64,000 bases of DNA from Chrysomallon squamiferum (GCA_012295275.1 CM022666.1:4464001-4528000), one strand, 5' to 3'. Shown: positions 33,285 to 47,977, counted from the first letter of the stretch. A program made the numbers and translations. The notes: generated by a model not told the origin, from the sequence alone.

Positions 33285-34036
33285 ATCAACACCACGAATA
33301 AACCCATCAACACCATCTGCTACAGCAGCACCTATTTTGCTAATCTGTACACAGCACTGTAAGTTAGATAATCTGAGGTATCAAGAGCCACCGTCGAATT
33401 AGGTACCATTTGTCTGATGGAGATTCATTTACACAGACACCAATTTGTGAGTCATTAGAAAGAAAAGAAAAACAACACTTTCTGTGCGTCTAGACGTGGA
33501 TTGGAAGCGATTTGAAAAATAAGAGGAAAAAGAGAGGTGCAGTCGCAGAAATAGAACAACAAGAGACAGCTGCAGAACAGGAAAAGAAATGAATAAGAAT
33601 GAATGAGAGACAGAATGAATGAGAGTGTGAATGAGAGAGACAGTGAATGACAGAAAGAAGAGAGAGAAAGAGTGAATGAGAGAGTGAATGAGAGAAAGAA
33701 GACAGAAACAGTGAATGAGATAGAGAGAATAAGAGAAAGAAAGAGTGAATGTGAGAATGAAAGAAAGAAGATAGAAAGACAGAGATAGACTATTTTCCAT
33801 ATATCACATTATCCATCATATGCTTTATTCAACGTACCAAATTATCCCTAGACTGTATCCAGTATACTGAAACATCCACAGACTTTATCATATATATATA
33901 TACATATACCAAATCATCACTAAACGCTGTCCATCATACAGAATCATTCTGTACTAGCTCATCCACACACACTTTGTCCTGTACACTGAATAATTTCATG
34001 CATGCCAAGACTGACCTGGTTTTGTGCAGTGGTTAA

Positions 34037-34170
34037 CAGGTACAGATGCCTGCTACAGGTGAGTCTGTTTACCTGTACATTTCGCACCTGACTGTAAATC
34101 TTGCTCTGACATTTCATGTGACATGACACAGCCCTACCTGTTCCCTCGTTAACAGGTGTTATGACAGGTA
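34037..34170. promoter_or_regulatory. Homotypic cluster of seven CAGGTA/CAGGTG motifs
   Basis: Sites at 34037, 34056, 34153 and 34165 (+) and 34070, 34085 and 34135 (-), in non-tandem sequence. Confidence 0.5.
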
Positions 34171-34403
34171 GGTGGGTGTAGATCCAAGATGACAAAAGTG
34201 TAAAATTCTTGCAGCATAGTTTCTGTGTGGTACAGAAATAACTAATGAGGAATGATGTTTTATTTATGTATGTAGTTTTGTATGTACACTTTCTCCTTGT
34301 CTGTCTGTCTGTCTGCCTGTCTCGCTCTCTCTCTCACCTATGTACATACATTTTATACAGATTTTTACTCACAACATACATGTATCTGTAAAAAGATGTG
34401 TGC

Positions 34404-34450
<47 letters not shown>

Positions 34451-34647
34451 TGTGTGTGTGTGTATGTCTGTATGTTTGTGTGTGCATGAGTGATTGTGTG
34501 TCTGTGTATATGTGTGTGTGTGGGTGTGAATGTATTTGTGTATTTGCATACATATAAAATACTATTAAATTAAAAAATGTTTTGAAGATAGAAATTCAAG
34601 TCTTAGTAATACAGTGATATGTAATAATATATCTATCTACCATTTCT

Positions 34648-34700
<53 letters not shown>

Positions 34701-34869
34701 CATACATACATACGCAGACATGGAAAAAGGTTAACACAGTAAGCAAATATGTATTTAACTGCTGACAAAAAAAACAAAACAATTATTTTCCCTCATCATC
34801 ATAATTTAACCCCTTGCAGCTCGTGCACAAAACATTGTTGAGAAAAAAACTACAATAGTTTCCCCCTCT

Positions 34870-35095
34870 ATGATGATCATCATAACCATAATCATCATTA
34901 CCATTAACATTATCACCATTACCATCATCATCGCTATCATCATCATCACCATCACAATCATCATTAACATCATAATTATCACCAGCACCATCATCACCAA
35001 TATCACCATCATCATCATCATCATCACCCATTACCCATCACCATGATCATCATCATTATCATTACCAACATCATCATCATCATCATCATCATTAC
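34870..35095. repeat. Degenerate (CAT/CAC)n trinucleotide repeat
   Basis: Direct reading. Confidence 0.9.
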
Positions 35096-36600
35096 TAATA
35101 ATGACTTAACACGCTTAATTTTAACGACTTAATTCTGTTTGATGTCGACACAAACTGACAGAGGTTTTGATTGTTGTATGTAAGTTGTACGTTAGAACAT
35201 GAGTCAAGCAATTATTAAATATTTAACTTATTATACCACCCACCCCCCTTCCTTCCTAACATGTACACTACTACTACTACAACACCCCTGATGCAGAATT
35301 TATACAACAATTAGCATAATTATACAACCTTCAAACAACAGGAACCGACAGCCGAAGTAATTATGCTATGTTAATGAGCTTCGCAGCAACCAAAGCACGT
35401 AATACGGGAAAGTTTTAACCGTGGAGGTTTTTAATTATTTATATTTAATGTCTGTGATATAATTTATTACTTTGTCACGGTTTTGTCGGAAATACCTCCG
35501 CATCACAGAAGTTATGGTTAGATAATGGTTTTTAGCAAGGCAGAAACTAACGCATGGACACATGTATGTTGTTACGTGTGCCTATTATTTGTTCGTTAAT
35601 TTTAAATAAGGTGGTGGCGAAATTAATGCCTGGTGTTATGTATTTATGTTATATATGTATGTATTTAGAGAAAGAGAAACATACATGCATAGACACACAT
35701 ACATACATACTTATATACACTACTTAAATATAATAAAAATAAATACATAAATGTACACTTGGACAGACAGATAGACAGACACTGAGATCTAGAATTTTCA
35801 TTTCTGTATTTATTTACTCTTTCCTTTTTTATTATAATTTTTTAAATTTCTATTTATTAATTTATTTATTATTATTAAATTTTGCTTTTTGTATGTCCTC
35901 ATGACATTAAGTGAACTAAAATAAAAAGCAGCAAAGACATACAGACAGACAGACATGTCCTAATTTTTTGCTTTTAGTTTTACTTCATTTCTTTACGATT
36001 TCATTTTTCTTAAGAATCTTTTCTTCTTTTTCTTCACAGCTATCTTCACAATGATAATGTGAACTGACAGAACTAAACACACAGACAGACAGACAGACAG
36101 ATTTCATATCGTTTCTTTTTTCTTTCATTATTTTCTTTTAATTTTTTTTAATTTTAATTTTCAAAAAAAAAAATTATAAAAATATATTTATTTCTTCTCC
36201 TTCTTTTTTCTTTTTTTCTTTTTTTCTTTTTTTTCTTCTCTTTTTAAAAAAATAAAAATATTTTCGTGGTTAACAATATTGCTTTGCATTCTCTTCGCAT
36301 CAAAAAAACGCCTGCCAAAACTCAGAACTCTGCCATCAAAGTTTCTTGGCTGCCTCTCGATCAATGGCTGGCACATAAAGAGATTCCTGTTTACAGTTGA
36401 TTCAAATCAGAAAACCTGTCTGCTTGGCACGCTTCGTTAAGCACAGTGCAGAGCAATTTATACCCCAGCGCCGCGAACACACGCCTCTCACGCCTGTCGG
36501 AATTACCAGCCCAAATCCTGTTCCACTTACAAACACAGTCCAAGTTTTTAAAGTCACAAACGTGTTACGTTAATGGAGATTTTTAATCATTTCGGTAGGT

Positions 36601-36719
36601 GTGATGATGATAGTAGTAGTAGTAGTAGTGTGGTGGTGGTGGTAGTGGTAGTAGTGGTGGTGGTGGTGGTGGTAGTGGTAGTGGTAGTGGTAGTAGTAGT
36701 AGTAGTAGTAGTAGTAGTA

Positions 36720-36756
<37 letters not shown>

Positions 36757-37260
36757 GGTGGTGGTAGTGGTAGTAGTAGTAGTAGTGGTGGTGGTGGTGG
36801 TAGTGGTAGTTGAAGTAGTAGTAGTAGTAGTGGTAGTAATAGTAGTGGTAGTGGTAGTAGTAGTAGTGGTATGGTAATAGTAATAGTAGTAGTAGTAGTA
36901 ATAATATAATAATAATAATGGTAGTAGTAGTAGTGGTAATAGTAATAGTAGTTATAATAATAATAATAGTAGTAGTAGTAGTAGTAATAGTTTTAATAGT
37001 AGTAGTAGTAGTAATAGTAATAGTAACAACAATATAATAATATTATTATTATTATTATTAACAACAGTAATAATAGTAATAACAATAAAAATAATAGTAA
37101 TAATAATAGTAATAATAATAGTTTTAATAGTAGTAGTAGTAGTAATAACAATAATAACAACAACAATAATAATAATAATAATAATAACAATAATAATAAT
37201 AACAGTAATAACTATATAACAATAATAAAAATAATAGCAATAATAATAATAATAATAATC
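36601..37260. repeat. Compound (GTG)/(GTA)/(ATA)/(ACA) trinucleotide tract
   Basis: Direct reading; the motif drifts along the tract. Confidence 0.95.
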
Positions 37261-38063
37261 ATAGAAATTTTGATATTAATCTCTTCTATAATATTTGTGG
37301 TTTATAATCTGTTCTGATTTTTGTAAGATTCAAACATTTTTTTTTTTTTTTTTTTTTTTAGAAAAAAGAAGAAAAGATTAAAGTGAAAAAAGTAGGTAAA
37401 GTGATGAATAAATAAAATTAAAAAAATGTTAGGAAGAAAACCACAATCATTTAAAAAAAAATTAATTAGGTTTTTGACATTTAGTCTAAGTTTACAATGC
37501 ATGGTTAATTAAAGTACGGCTATGAAGTACAAAAGGAAAAAGAAGAAATAATCATAAAAAGAAAATTCAAATTAAATTTTGTTGCCGATTCCAGTATTTC
37601 ATAAGAACCATATAAATCTTTGTTCCAAAATAAAACCAGTAAGAATTATCACATAATGAAAATAATCATAATAAAAAATATTTTTCCTAAAAAAAAATCT
37701 TAATAAGAATTTTAATTAACCACATTATAAACCTGTATTCACATGTACAGCCAAAGGCAAAAATTGTAAAAAATAATTTTATTTAATGATTAAGTAAATA
37801 ATGGACCATCTTCTGCAGAGAATAAAATATTAAATATGATTTACCAGTGAATAAAAATACAGAATATTACATACGACCGTCTTCTTAGCATATATCATAT
37901 ATATAAGTAAAATATCTAATACGGTAAGTATTTCATACATTATAATCTTATATATTATATATTAAATAAGTAAACTATTTCAAAAGTGTTTGAAATTTTT
38001 GGTATAAGATATAGTGTTTTTCTTGGATAACTGGAGAATACATTAACTCAGAGTGTGTTTCTG

Positions 38064-38110
38064 TGGAGTAAAATGGGTTATTTCCCAGTCTAGCTAGTGC
38101 TCCAGAATTC
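38064..38110 (+). mobile_element. Degenerate dispersed-repeat (probable SINE) fragment
   Basis: ATGGGTTATTTCCCAGTCTAGCTAGTGCTCCA is similar in reverse complement to 30605-30631 and 59253-59277. Confidence 0.4.
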
Positions 38111-38215
38111 CTATTTTTGGGACAAATCACTGATAAAAAATTTTTTTTTTTTTTTTTTTCACTGCTAACTGGCAAAATTAGCTTATTTAGTAATCAGGTT
38201 TCTTCATCTTTTACC

Positions 38216-38246
<31 letters not shown>

Positions 38247-38604
38247 ATATGATTGATGGGCAATATCATTAAACAAATATTTATTCATTGACTCAGCTCT
38301 GTTACATACACGCCATAGACAATGGCATTAATAAAAATTATTAAAAAAAAAAACCACACTGGACAATGAACATTTTCTATTGATCACACCAGCCCATTTA
38401 TCCACTCAGAGTCTTGTGTGATATGAAACAAGACATTTTTTTTTTTCTAACCCTCAAACATCTTTCAGAACCCAACAGATGCATTCCATCCTCATCAACG
38501 ACAACGTTGTTCTGTTCCACTCAGACAGCCACAGCCAATAACCGACTGACGTGCGACGATGCTGAATCCCGACAACAAGAGAGTTCTGACAAGGGAGATA
38601 ATGA

Positions 38605-38854
<250 letters not shown>

Positions 38855-39618
38855 AGCTGTCTTTCTCCTGTCTGTTTTTTTTTTTCTCTGTGATGTAATG
38901 TTGATATGTGATGAATGGGGATAAATATAGAAAGTGTATCTCTCTACCAATGTTTTTCTTTCTTTTTTTCTTTTTCTTCTTCTCTGTCTGTCTGTGCATT
39001 TACATGCCTTTGTCTGTGTGTGTGTCCAAATGTATTACTGTATCTACTTGTATATGTATATGTAAATATACGAAAATATATTTATATATATTCTGATTAA
39101 TGGATGGAAGAAGGATGAATGTATGTATAAATGGACAGATGGAAGTTTAAAAATTCATGGAATAAAGTTTAGTGATATATACAGATACACAGACAGCCAT
39201 TTACACATACAAACATGTGTCATTATGTATGTGTGTTTGTATCATTGTGAGTATAAAATGTATCTATATATGTGTTTCTGTCTGGATGTATCTGTGTTTG
39301 TATGTATGTTTGTGTGTCTGTCTGTCTATATATTTCTTTAACTCAGTGTTAACAAGTTCATTCACCTGTATTTTCGTATGTCTGTATGTCTGCATAACTG
39401 TATTTGTATTTCTCTATGTTGCTGTATATTCAGGACTATCAATGAATTAAAAAAAAAGGACAGATATACTCTCAACAGTCTGCTACACTCAGAACTGTCG
39501 GCACCCTACAGCGTTTGCTGCCCAAAAACTTCAGCAGTCCAAGTCACAAATGCCGGAAGTTATTGTGTGTTTTCACACATTTGTGTGTTTATATCTCCAG
39601 CGATTGTGTTACAACCAT

Positions 39619-39637
39619 TAACACCAGGTGGCGCTCA
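39619..39637 (+). promoter_or_regulatory. Candidate CTCF-binding site with nearby ETS motifs
   Basis: ACACCAGGTGGCGCT resembles the CTCF core CCACCAG(G/A)(G/T)GGCGC; CCGGAAGT at ~39553 and CAGGAAGT at 39671. Confidence 0.55.
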
Positions 39638-39900
39638 GAGAGACCTGTAAAACACAGACTGCAGTAATAGCAGGAAGTAACTCCTGTGTGATATCTACTT
39701 ATGTAACAGGCAAGACCTGTTTGTATACGGTTTTTTTTTTATCTCACTGCTCTGTTGTGAGTTCTTGTAATTAGTTTTCTAATGAAAGGTGATGAAAGGG
39801 AAAATGCAAAGTCAGTCTTGTTATTGGTTTATCTTTAGTAAAGGGTCAGGAGTTTCTTTGTTAACACAGAACCAAGACAAGAGATATACATGTACATGCA

Positions 39901-39931
<31 letters not shown>

Positions 39932-40862
39932 TTACAAACATATGTATACACATACATACATACATACATACATACATACATACATACATACATACATACA
40001 TACATACATACATACATACATACATACATACATACAAACATACAAACATACATATATACATACATACATACAAACATACAGACTAGGCACACACACATTT
40101 AAATCATCACATATTACACAAACAAACATTCAATTTTTTTTTTTTACAAATACATAGATATATACAGATACACACACACATTTTAAATCATTACAGAAAC
40201 ACACAAATATACAAATAAAATTTCACACATCAAGTATAGATATATTATATATCTTTAATACTATGAAATGACAAACATAGAGATAAGTTTGTATATCTTT
40301 TATATTACACAAAACACAAAACATAGATTTGATATAATAACAAAAATATTGAGATATGATATATATATGATACACGTACTGAAAAACGACATCTATATGC
40401 CACAAACACAGATATATAGAAATACGACAAATATATCACACACACACATATCACATATCTTTTATATTACACAATGACACAAAGATATGACGAGCTGCAA
40501 TAGTTTACTCAGACCTTTCAATCATTCTGTAACGAGCGCATACAGATATGTGTGTGCAGCCATATTGATTGTGCCGAGCGACACACAGACAAGCCTGGCA
40601 CTTGTAGAAATTACTCAATACTCAAACTGACACAAGCAGACAGAAACTCAGCTCTCTTCATTTTAAATGGCAGTCTCGGAGACCTGCCAATATTTTTTTT
40701 TTTTAACTTTTTTATGAGTTTCGCTGTATCGTCTTCGCATAATGGTCGGATATTTATATACATGTGTGTTGAAGGTTTCTGCTAAGTTGTTCTATGTTTT
40801 GTTTTGGTGTTTTTTTTTTTTTTATAATGAAGGGAATGTAGGTATTTATGTTTTAAAATATG

Positions 40863-40917
<55 letters not shown>

Positions 40918-41000
40918 ATTTAAAACATAAATACATATGCCTATATTCCCTTCATCATAAAACATATACACATGCATACATATATATGTGTTGGTGTGTT

Positions 41001-41035
<35 letters not shown>

Positions 41036-41865
41036 ATGTATGTATGTATGTATGTATGTATGTATGTATGTATGTATGTATGTATGTATGTATGTATGTA
41101 TGTATGTATAAATATGTATGCATGAATTTATGTATGTTTTTTTGGTTGTTTTATGTATGTACCTGTTTATGCATGTACTTTTGTATGTGTGTATGTACAT
41201 GTGTATGTCTGTGTGTATGTACAAATGTACACAAATACATACATATCGATGTATTTATATTTCTATGTATGTATGTATGTGTGTGTGTGTATGTCTGTCT
41301 GTCTGGGTGTCAGTGTGTGTAGTCTGTTCAGTTAACAAGAACGCCAGCCTGTGACAAAACACTGTGGTGTGTGTAGATGATGTGGGAATATCAGCAGATG
41401 TCATACAGGCTGTATGTCACACAGAGGAGATACACAGTGCAGCCAGCAGGCTTTCTGTAAAATCCCCAATTCTCCAACATCTCTCACAGTCTGTATTGAT
41501 TAGCACATCAGTACAGACACACTTTCAGTATCTAGATCAAAAGTGCAACAACAACAACAACAACAAAAAAAAAAAAAAATTAAATAAATTAAAAATTAAA
41601 AAAAAAAAAACAAAAAAAACAACTACTGTAATAATAATAATAATTTTGTTTTTTTGGAAACTATCTTTAACCATCATGAAAAAAGTGTGACAAAATCTTT
41701 CTCACCTATCTTCATTGAATGCATGTGTGCATATCTGTACATGTGTATCTGTGTTTTTCTGTATTATTATTAAGAATGCATACAGAGAGAAATAAGGATA
41801 CATTTTCTGACAATCTCTCTCTCTCTCTCTTTCTCTCATTTTCTCTGTCATTGCTCTACCCTCCA

Positions 41866-41896
<31 letters not shown>

Positions 41897-42943
41897 CAGA
41901 CTGAGAGAAAAAGTTTAAAGATCAACGTACTTTGTTCTTCTACAGTAAAAACAAATTACTAAAATGTTACACTAGTTCGAAACAAAGTAAAACCACGTAA
42001 CAGTCACAAAGTGGAACACTGTAACAACCTGTGTTACTGCACTGTCGAAACTGACAAATAATGCATCTGACATTTCACATAAATAACAGGCAGCTCTATT
42101 AGCTTGAGAAAATATTTGTGACCTGCATTAATCTATATTCTTTTGAAAAAAAAAAAAAAAAAAAAAAAAAAAACCCAAAACCCTCAACAACAACAAAAGA
42201 ATGAAACAAAAAAAAAAAACCAACAAGGTCTTCAGTCAATATCAAACAATACAAATCCATGTGTCAGTATTAATAATGACAGAATGAAACAAAAATAAAA
42301 ACGAAAAAGAGGAAAATATAGGATTTGATGACACAATATGACATATATGTGACTAACGACTACAATTACATGACCAAAGATATATGGATTAGATACAGAG
42401 TATGATATATGACTAAAATTGTAAAAATATGACTAAGATTACATACGTCACATAGTGTGATATATGACTTAAGATTCTTTGACTTTTGACTAATTCTGAT
42501 GACACATAACTAAGACAATGTCACATTTATCTAAATATTTATATGTATGATTAAATATGGTTAACACACTGTGGCTAAAAATATCACATTTAAAACAAGA
42601 CTAAAAATCTAAGTCATTATGGCCTGTGACTAAATTATATGACATGATATTTATGGCTAAGTCTTAAGGTATATAATATATGGCCTGTTCTATATAACAT
42701 ATGACAATAGGATAAAAGCTATATTATACACCAGACTGTTGTTATATATTACTTAAACTCTATGACATGTAATAAATATGATATAGGTCTAAGCCTCTCA
42801 GACAAAAGATACTATTTAAATGATGAAAGAAAAAAGATAAAGAATGTGATGAAGAAGAAGAAGAAGAAGAAAAACAACACCAACTTAAACAAAAAAGAAG
42901 AACAAGAAGTAGAATAATAATAATAATAATAAAATAATAATAA

Positions 42944-42978
<35 letters not shown>

Positions 42979-43163
42979 GAAGAAGAAGAAGAAGAAGAAG
43001 AAGAAAGAAGAGAAACAGAATATATTTATAATAAATAGATTATAGCTCATAAACGTGATTACATTATTACCACATATTCTGCAATGAGGTGAAATATTAA
43101 CTGTATTTCACACTCTCTGTTAACAATAAAATATCTATATAATATATGTATACAAAGACTTAC

Positions 43164-43243
43164 CTTGTGCCTACCACCAGGTGAGATGCCCCCAGTACCC
43201 TCCACTGTGTTATTATCCTGTGGGTCGGTTTCAATCGATGATT
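43164..43243 (-). CDS. Candidate 80-nt internal exon, (x)SSIETDPQDNNTVEGTGGISPGGRHK; gene unidentified, could be non-coding
   Basis: Acceptor TTTTTATCTTTCATGACAG| and donor AAG|GTAAGT; GC-rich island in AT-rich flanks; open in phase 1 to phase 0. Confidence 0.6.
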
Positions 43244-43424
43244 CTGTCATGAAAGATAAAAAGAAAATAATAACTAGTTAAAAACAGATAGTAGTAGTAG
43301 TAGTAGTAGTAGTAGTAGCAGTAAAGCAATAGAATGTAACTATTGCAAAATGGACAGTAATAGTAGTAGCAGTAGTCGTAGCAGTAGTAGTAGCAGTAGT
43401 AGCAGTAGGAGTAATAAAATATCC

Positions 43425-43835
43425 ACACCAGTAATAAAAACATCAACATTAATAACAATAGTAAAAATAACACGTATAACAATAATATCAATATCAATAA
43501 CTGTATAAATATCAACATGAACACAATAATAAAAAAAATCAATACCAATAATAACAATTACAGTATCAACATGATTAACAACAAATACAATATCAACAAC
43601 AGTAATAGCAATAAAAACATCAACACCAGAAATAACAATTACAATATCAACACCAGAAATAACAATAAAAATATCAACACCAGAAATAACAATTACAACA
43701 TCAACATCAGTAATAACACTTACAATATCAACACCAATAAAAACATCAACAGCAGAAACAACAATAAATATTATCAATACCAAAAGTTAACAAGAACAAT
43801 ATCAACATCAGTGATAACAATTAAAAACATCAAAA
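43425..43835. repeat. Degenerate 27-bp minisatellite
   Basis: ATCAACACCAGAAATAACAAT(T/A)A(C/A)AA.. units; explains the VDIVIVISG repeat ORF. Confidence 0.85.
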
Positions 43836-43920
43836 TCAATTATAACAATAATAATAATAAAAAATATCCATCCAAAAAAAAAAATATATATAATAATAAC
43901 AAAAACAAATAAATTCATAA

Positions 43921-44345
<425 letters not shown>

Positions 44346-44667
44346 AGTTACAGTATCAACACCAGTAGTAAGCAATGCACTGTGTGTGCATTTGTGAGAT
44401 TCTGAGAAATATCTGACCCAGATCAGAAGCTAACTGCTGGCAACAAGCAAGTCATATAAGTTTTCATTCTTATGGCTTTTGCACACATTGTCAACACTTA
44501 GCAGATCCCCCTTGAATGAAATAAATCAGTTTATGCACAGTTTATGGGGATATAAAATCCTGTCGTTCTCGAAAGAGGGAAGATATAAAAATGACACAAT
44601 TACAAAAAAAGAAGAAGAAAAAAAAAAAACATTGGAAAGAAGGAAAGATCTAAAACAAAATAGTCCA

Positions 44668-44707
<40 letters not shown>

Positions 44708-44999
44708 TTCCAATCATAAAATATATGCTGAAAGAATTTTTGAAAAAATTATATTTGTAAAGTTTATAATTACTAATTTGTATATGTTCATGTCTAGAGA
44801 AGAAACCAGCATGAAGATAAGGTTCGTTATTAAAATGGAGTTATGTTACAAGATAATAAACTTTAATTGTTTCAAGAAGAATTTTTTCAAAATGAGGGGA
44901 AAAAAAAATGTTTACAGATATTTTACAACTGACTGGTTTTATTAGTTGTAGCTGTTAACTGCATAAATCATCAGCAACAGTCATATTTCTGTATTATTA

Positions 45000-45068
45000 G
45001 TAATAATAATAATAATAATAATAATGATAATAATAATAATGATGATGATGATAATAATAATAATGATG

Positions 45069-45153
<85 letters not shown>

Positions 45154-45179
45154 TGATGATAATAATAATAATAATGATG

Positions 45180-45225
<46 letters not shown>

Positions 45226-45560
45226 TGATGATAATAATAATAATAATAATGATGATGATAATAAAAAAATAATAATAATAAACAATAATAATAATAAAAA
45301 TCTATAAATTAATGAATAAAAATGATAATAGTAGTAAAAAAATAATAAATAAAAATAACAATAACAATAATAATAACAACAGTTATAACAACAATAACAA
45401 CTCAAAAAACAATAATAACAAAAACAATAACAGTAATAATAAAAATCTATAAATTAATAAGAATAAAAAACAATAATAGTAGTAAAATAAATACTAAATA
45501 AAAAACACAAGAACAATAGTAATAATAAAAACAACAACAATAACAATAACAACAACAATA
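45000..45560. repeat. (TAA/TGA/CAA)n tract
   Basis: Direct reading. Confidence 0.95.
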
Positions 45561-45760
45561 CTAACAACACAAATAGCAGTAGTACAACAACAGTAACATA
45601 TTATCATAATATAAAATCCAGGTAAAACATGCTGCTAGTTCATTTAACACAGATCATTAGTCTTTTGTTTTTCACTCTGTTTTGTAAAACAGTGGAAACA
45701 AACAGAGTAACACCTGATACAACAATGTCATTATAAATATCTCACTCAGTTACCTCTTTT

Positions 45761-46066
45761 CATGTGTGTAAATTATAATTATAACAAACACACATACAGA
45801 CATACACAGACAGTTAACTCTACTGACATGTGTAAATTATAATTATAACAAACACACATACAGACACACACAGACAGTTAACTCTACTGACATGTGTAAA
45901 TTACAATTATAACAAACCCACCTTCAGACACACACACACACACACACACACATAAACAGACAGTTAAGTCTACTGATATATGTAAATTATAATTGTAACA
46001 AACACATGTACAGACATACACTCACACACACACATACACACTCACACAGACACTAAACACTACTGA
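45761..46066. repeat. ~64-bp minisatellite, ~4 copies
   Basis: CATGTGTAAATTATAATTATAACAAACACACATACAGACA.ACACAGACAGTTAACTCTACTGA at 45827 and 45891. Confidence 0.9.
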
Positions 46067-46312
46067 AGTAAATAAACTCTAATTATAGTATAGAGATATT
46101 TACACATACACACATACATACAAACCATCTCAGTAAACAAATATAAATACAAACATATATATATTTACATATACATACATACATACATACATACATGCAT
46201 ATACAGATACATATACAGATACTTAGCTACGTGATGTAAGACACATCAAATATCCAACACATGCAAAAACTAAAATCTGCATGATGTTCAGTGACTTAAA
46301 ATAATTATGTGT

Positions 46313-46358
46313 ATTTCCATTTCAATTTTTTAGTTGATATTAACCAGACCTATAATGT

Positions 46359-46397
<39 letters not shown>

Positions 46398-46435
46398 CTT
46401 ATAATCAGACTGTTCGTAAGTAAATATCACGTAAT
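46313..46435 (-). repeat. Dispersed local repeat, copy B (inverted), with internal (TA)n
   Basis: Reverse complement reads ATTTACTTACGAACAGTCTGATTAT...AGGTCTGGTTAATATCAACTAAAAAATTGAAATGGAAATA. Confidence 0.8.
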
Positions 46436-46821
46436 TTTTGCTATCTATTCAAAAACAATATCAAATCTGTAAAAATAAAAGCCCAGTGTTTAATAATGAG
46501 AGTTAAATACTTAGAACATGGCTAGTAACTATTAACTACATCAGTGTAAAATGTTTAGCTGTGTAATATATTTTATATGGGCTGTTAATAAAAACATTTA
46601 TCATCTATTAAAATAATCTCAATTTCCATAAAATGGGTTTAAACAAATTATGAAAAATAAAAAAAACATCTTAAAATAAGCATGTAAGCGTGTATTTATT
46701 TGTGTATATGTGTGTGTGTGTATGTGTATATTTATCTGTTTATTTATGTATAAATATTCTATCTTATGTAAATCTGATTAGAGTCTGCAACTCTGCACAT
46801 AGACAATATTCAGGAACTCAC

Positions 46822-46875
46822 TGGCGCAGGAGACAAAGTCAGATCATGACCTCATAAATCCTGTTCATCCACACT
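46822..46875 (-). other. Candidate 54-nt non-coding or poison exon
   Basis: TCTGCCTTCAG| acceptor and CCA|GTGAGT donor; TGA stop in all three frames. Confidence 0.3.
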
Positions 46876-47300
46876 CTGAAGGCAGATGACATATGTGTGT
46901 GTGTGTTTGTATGTATGTATGTTTGTATGTATGGATGGATGTATGTGTGTGTGTGTGTTTGGATGTATGTGTGTGTGTTTGTATGTATGTATGTTTGTAT
47001 GTATGTATGTATGTATGTATGTATGTATGTATGTATGTATGTATGTATGTATGTATGTATGTATGTGTTTGTATGTATGTGTGTATGTATGTATGTATGT
47101 ATGTATGTATGTATGTATGTTTGTATGTTTGTAAGTATATATAACAGTGGTAGTAATATCTTTACTGCTCGGCTATTATTATTTGGTTATTACTATAACT
47201 ACATTCACAACTTTCATATCATGTATCTTCTACATAATATATAAAATTATATAGATGTATATGTATGTGTGTATACACAGACACACACACACACACATAT

Positions 47301-47348
<48 letters not shown>

Positions 47349-47977
47349 CATAAAATGTGCAGAATCAACTTAGCACAAAGTAGGAAACATTATATATAAT
47401 TATGTCAGAAGACAAAAGAAGCCAGTGTTTCAATGGTTACAGTAGAATACCTCAGCTCATCTACTGGTAACTTTCCTGTTCCACCCAGGTCCTCAAAATG
47501 GTTTATTAAAGATAATGTTATTTACTGTTTATGGGAAGGCAAATACAGAAGTTTCCATTCTGCTAATCCAAAAAAAAAAAGAAAAAAAGAATAAAAAAAA
47601 AAATATATATAATGCCACTCTAAGTTTCTTCTCTAAATATGAAAATGGTCTTTATATTTGTAAATCAAAAATAAATGAGTTATTATTAAACTATATATAA
47701 ATATTAAGTATAACCTTTTAAAATATAATTCTATTGTGACTGAAACTTATGTAAACCAAAAAACCAAAACAAATACTGTAGAAAAATATATTTTATGAAA
47801 ATATTTTATGTTAGCTTAAAAATAAATTAAAATGTAATAATTTAGAGAGTAGAAAAGTATTTAAAAATACCAGTATAAAATATTCTGTTTGAAAATATAG
47901 CTAACTGCTGTTAAAATGGGTAATAAAAATAATAAATATCCATTAAAAAAATAATAATAATATTTTTTTTTAATAAA

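Noticed and set aside
34050-34064. TACAG|GTGAGT as a recursive splice site
   Set aside because: No polypyrimidine tract upstream; better explained as part of the CAGGTR cluster.
35165-35215. TTTTGATTGTTG resembling the miR-315 5' end
   Set aside because: The 3' half diverges and there is no convincing hairpin.
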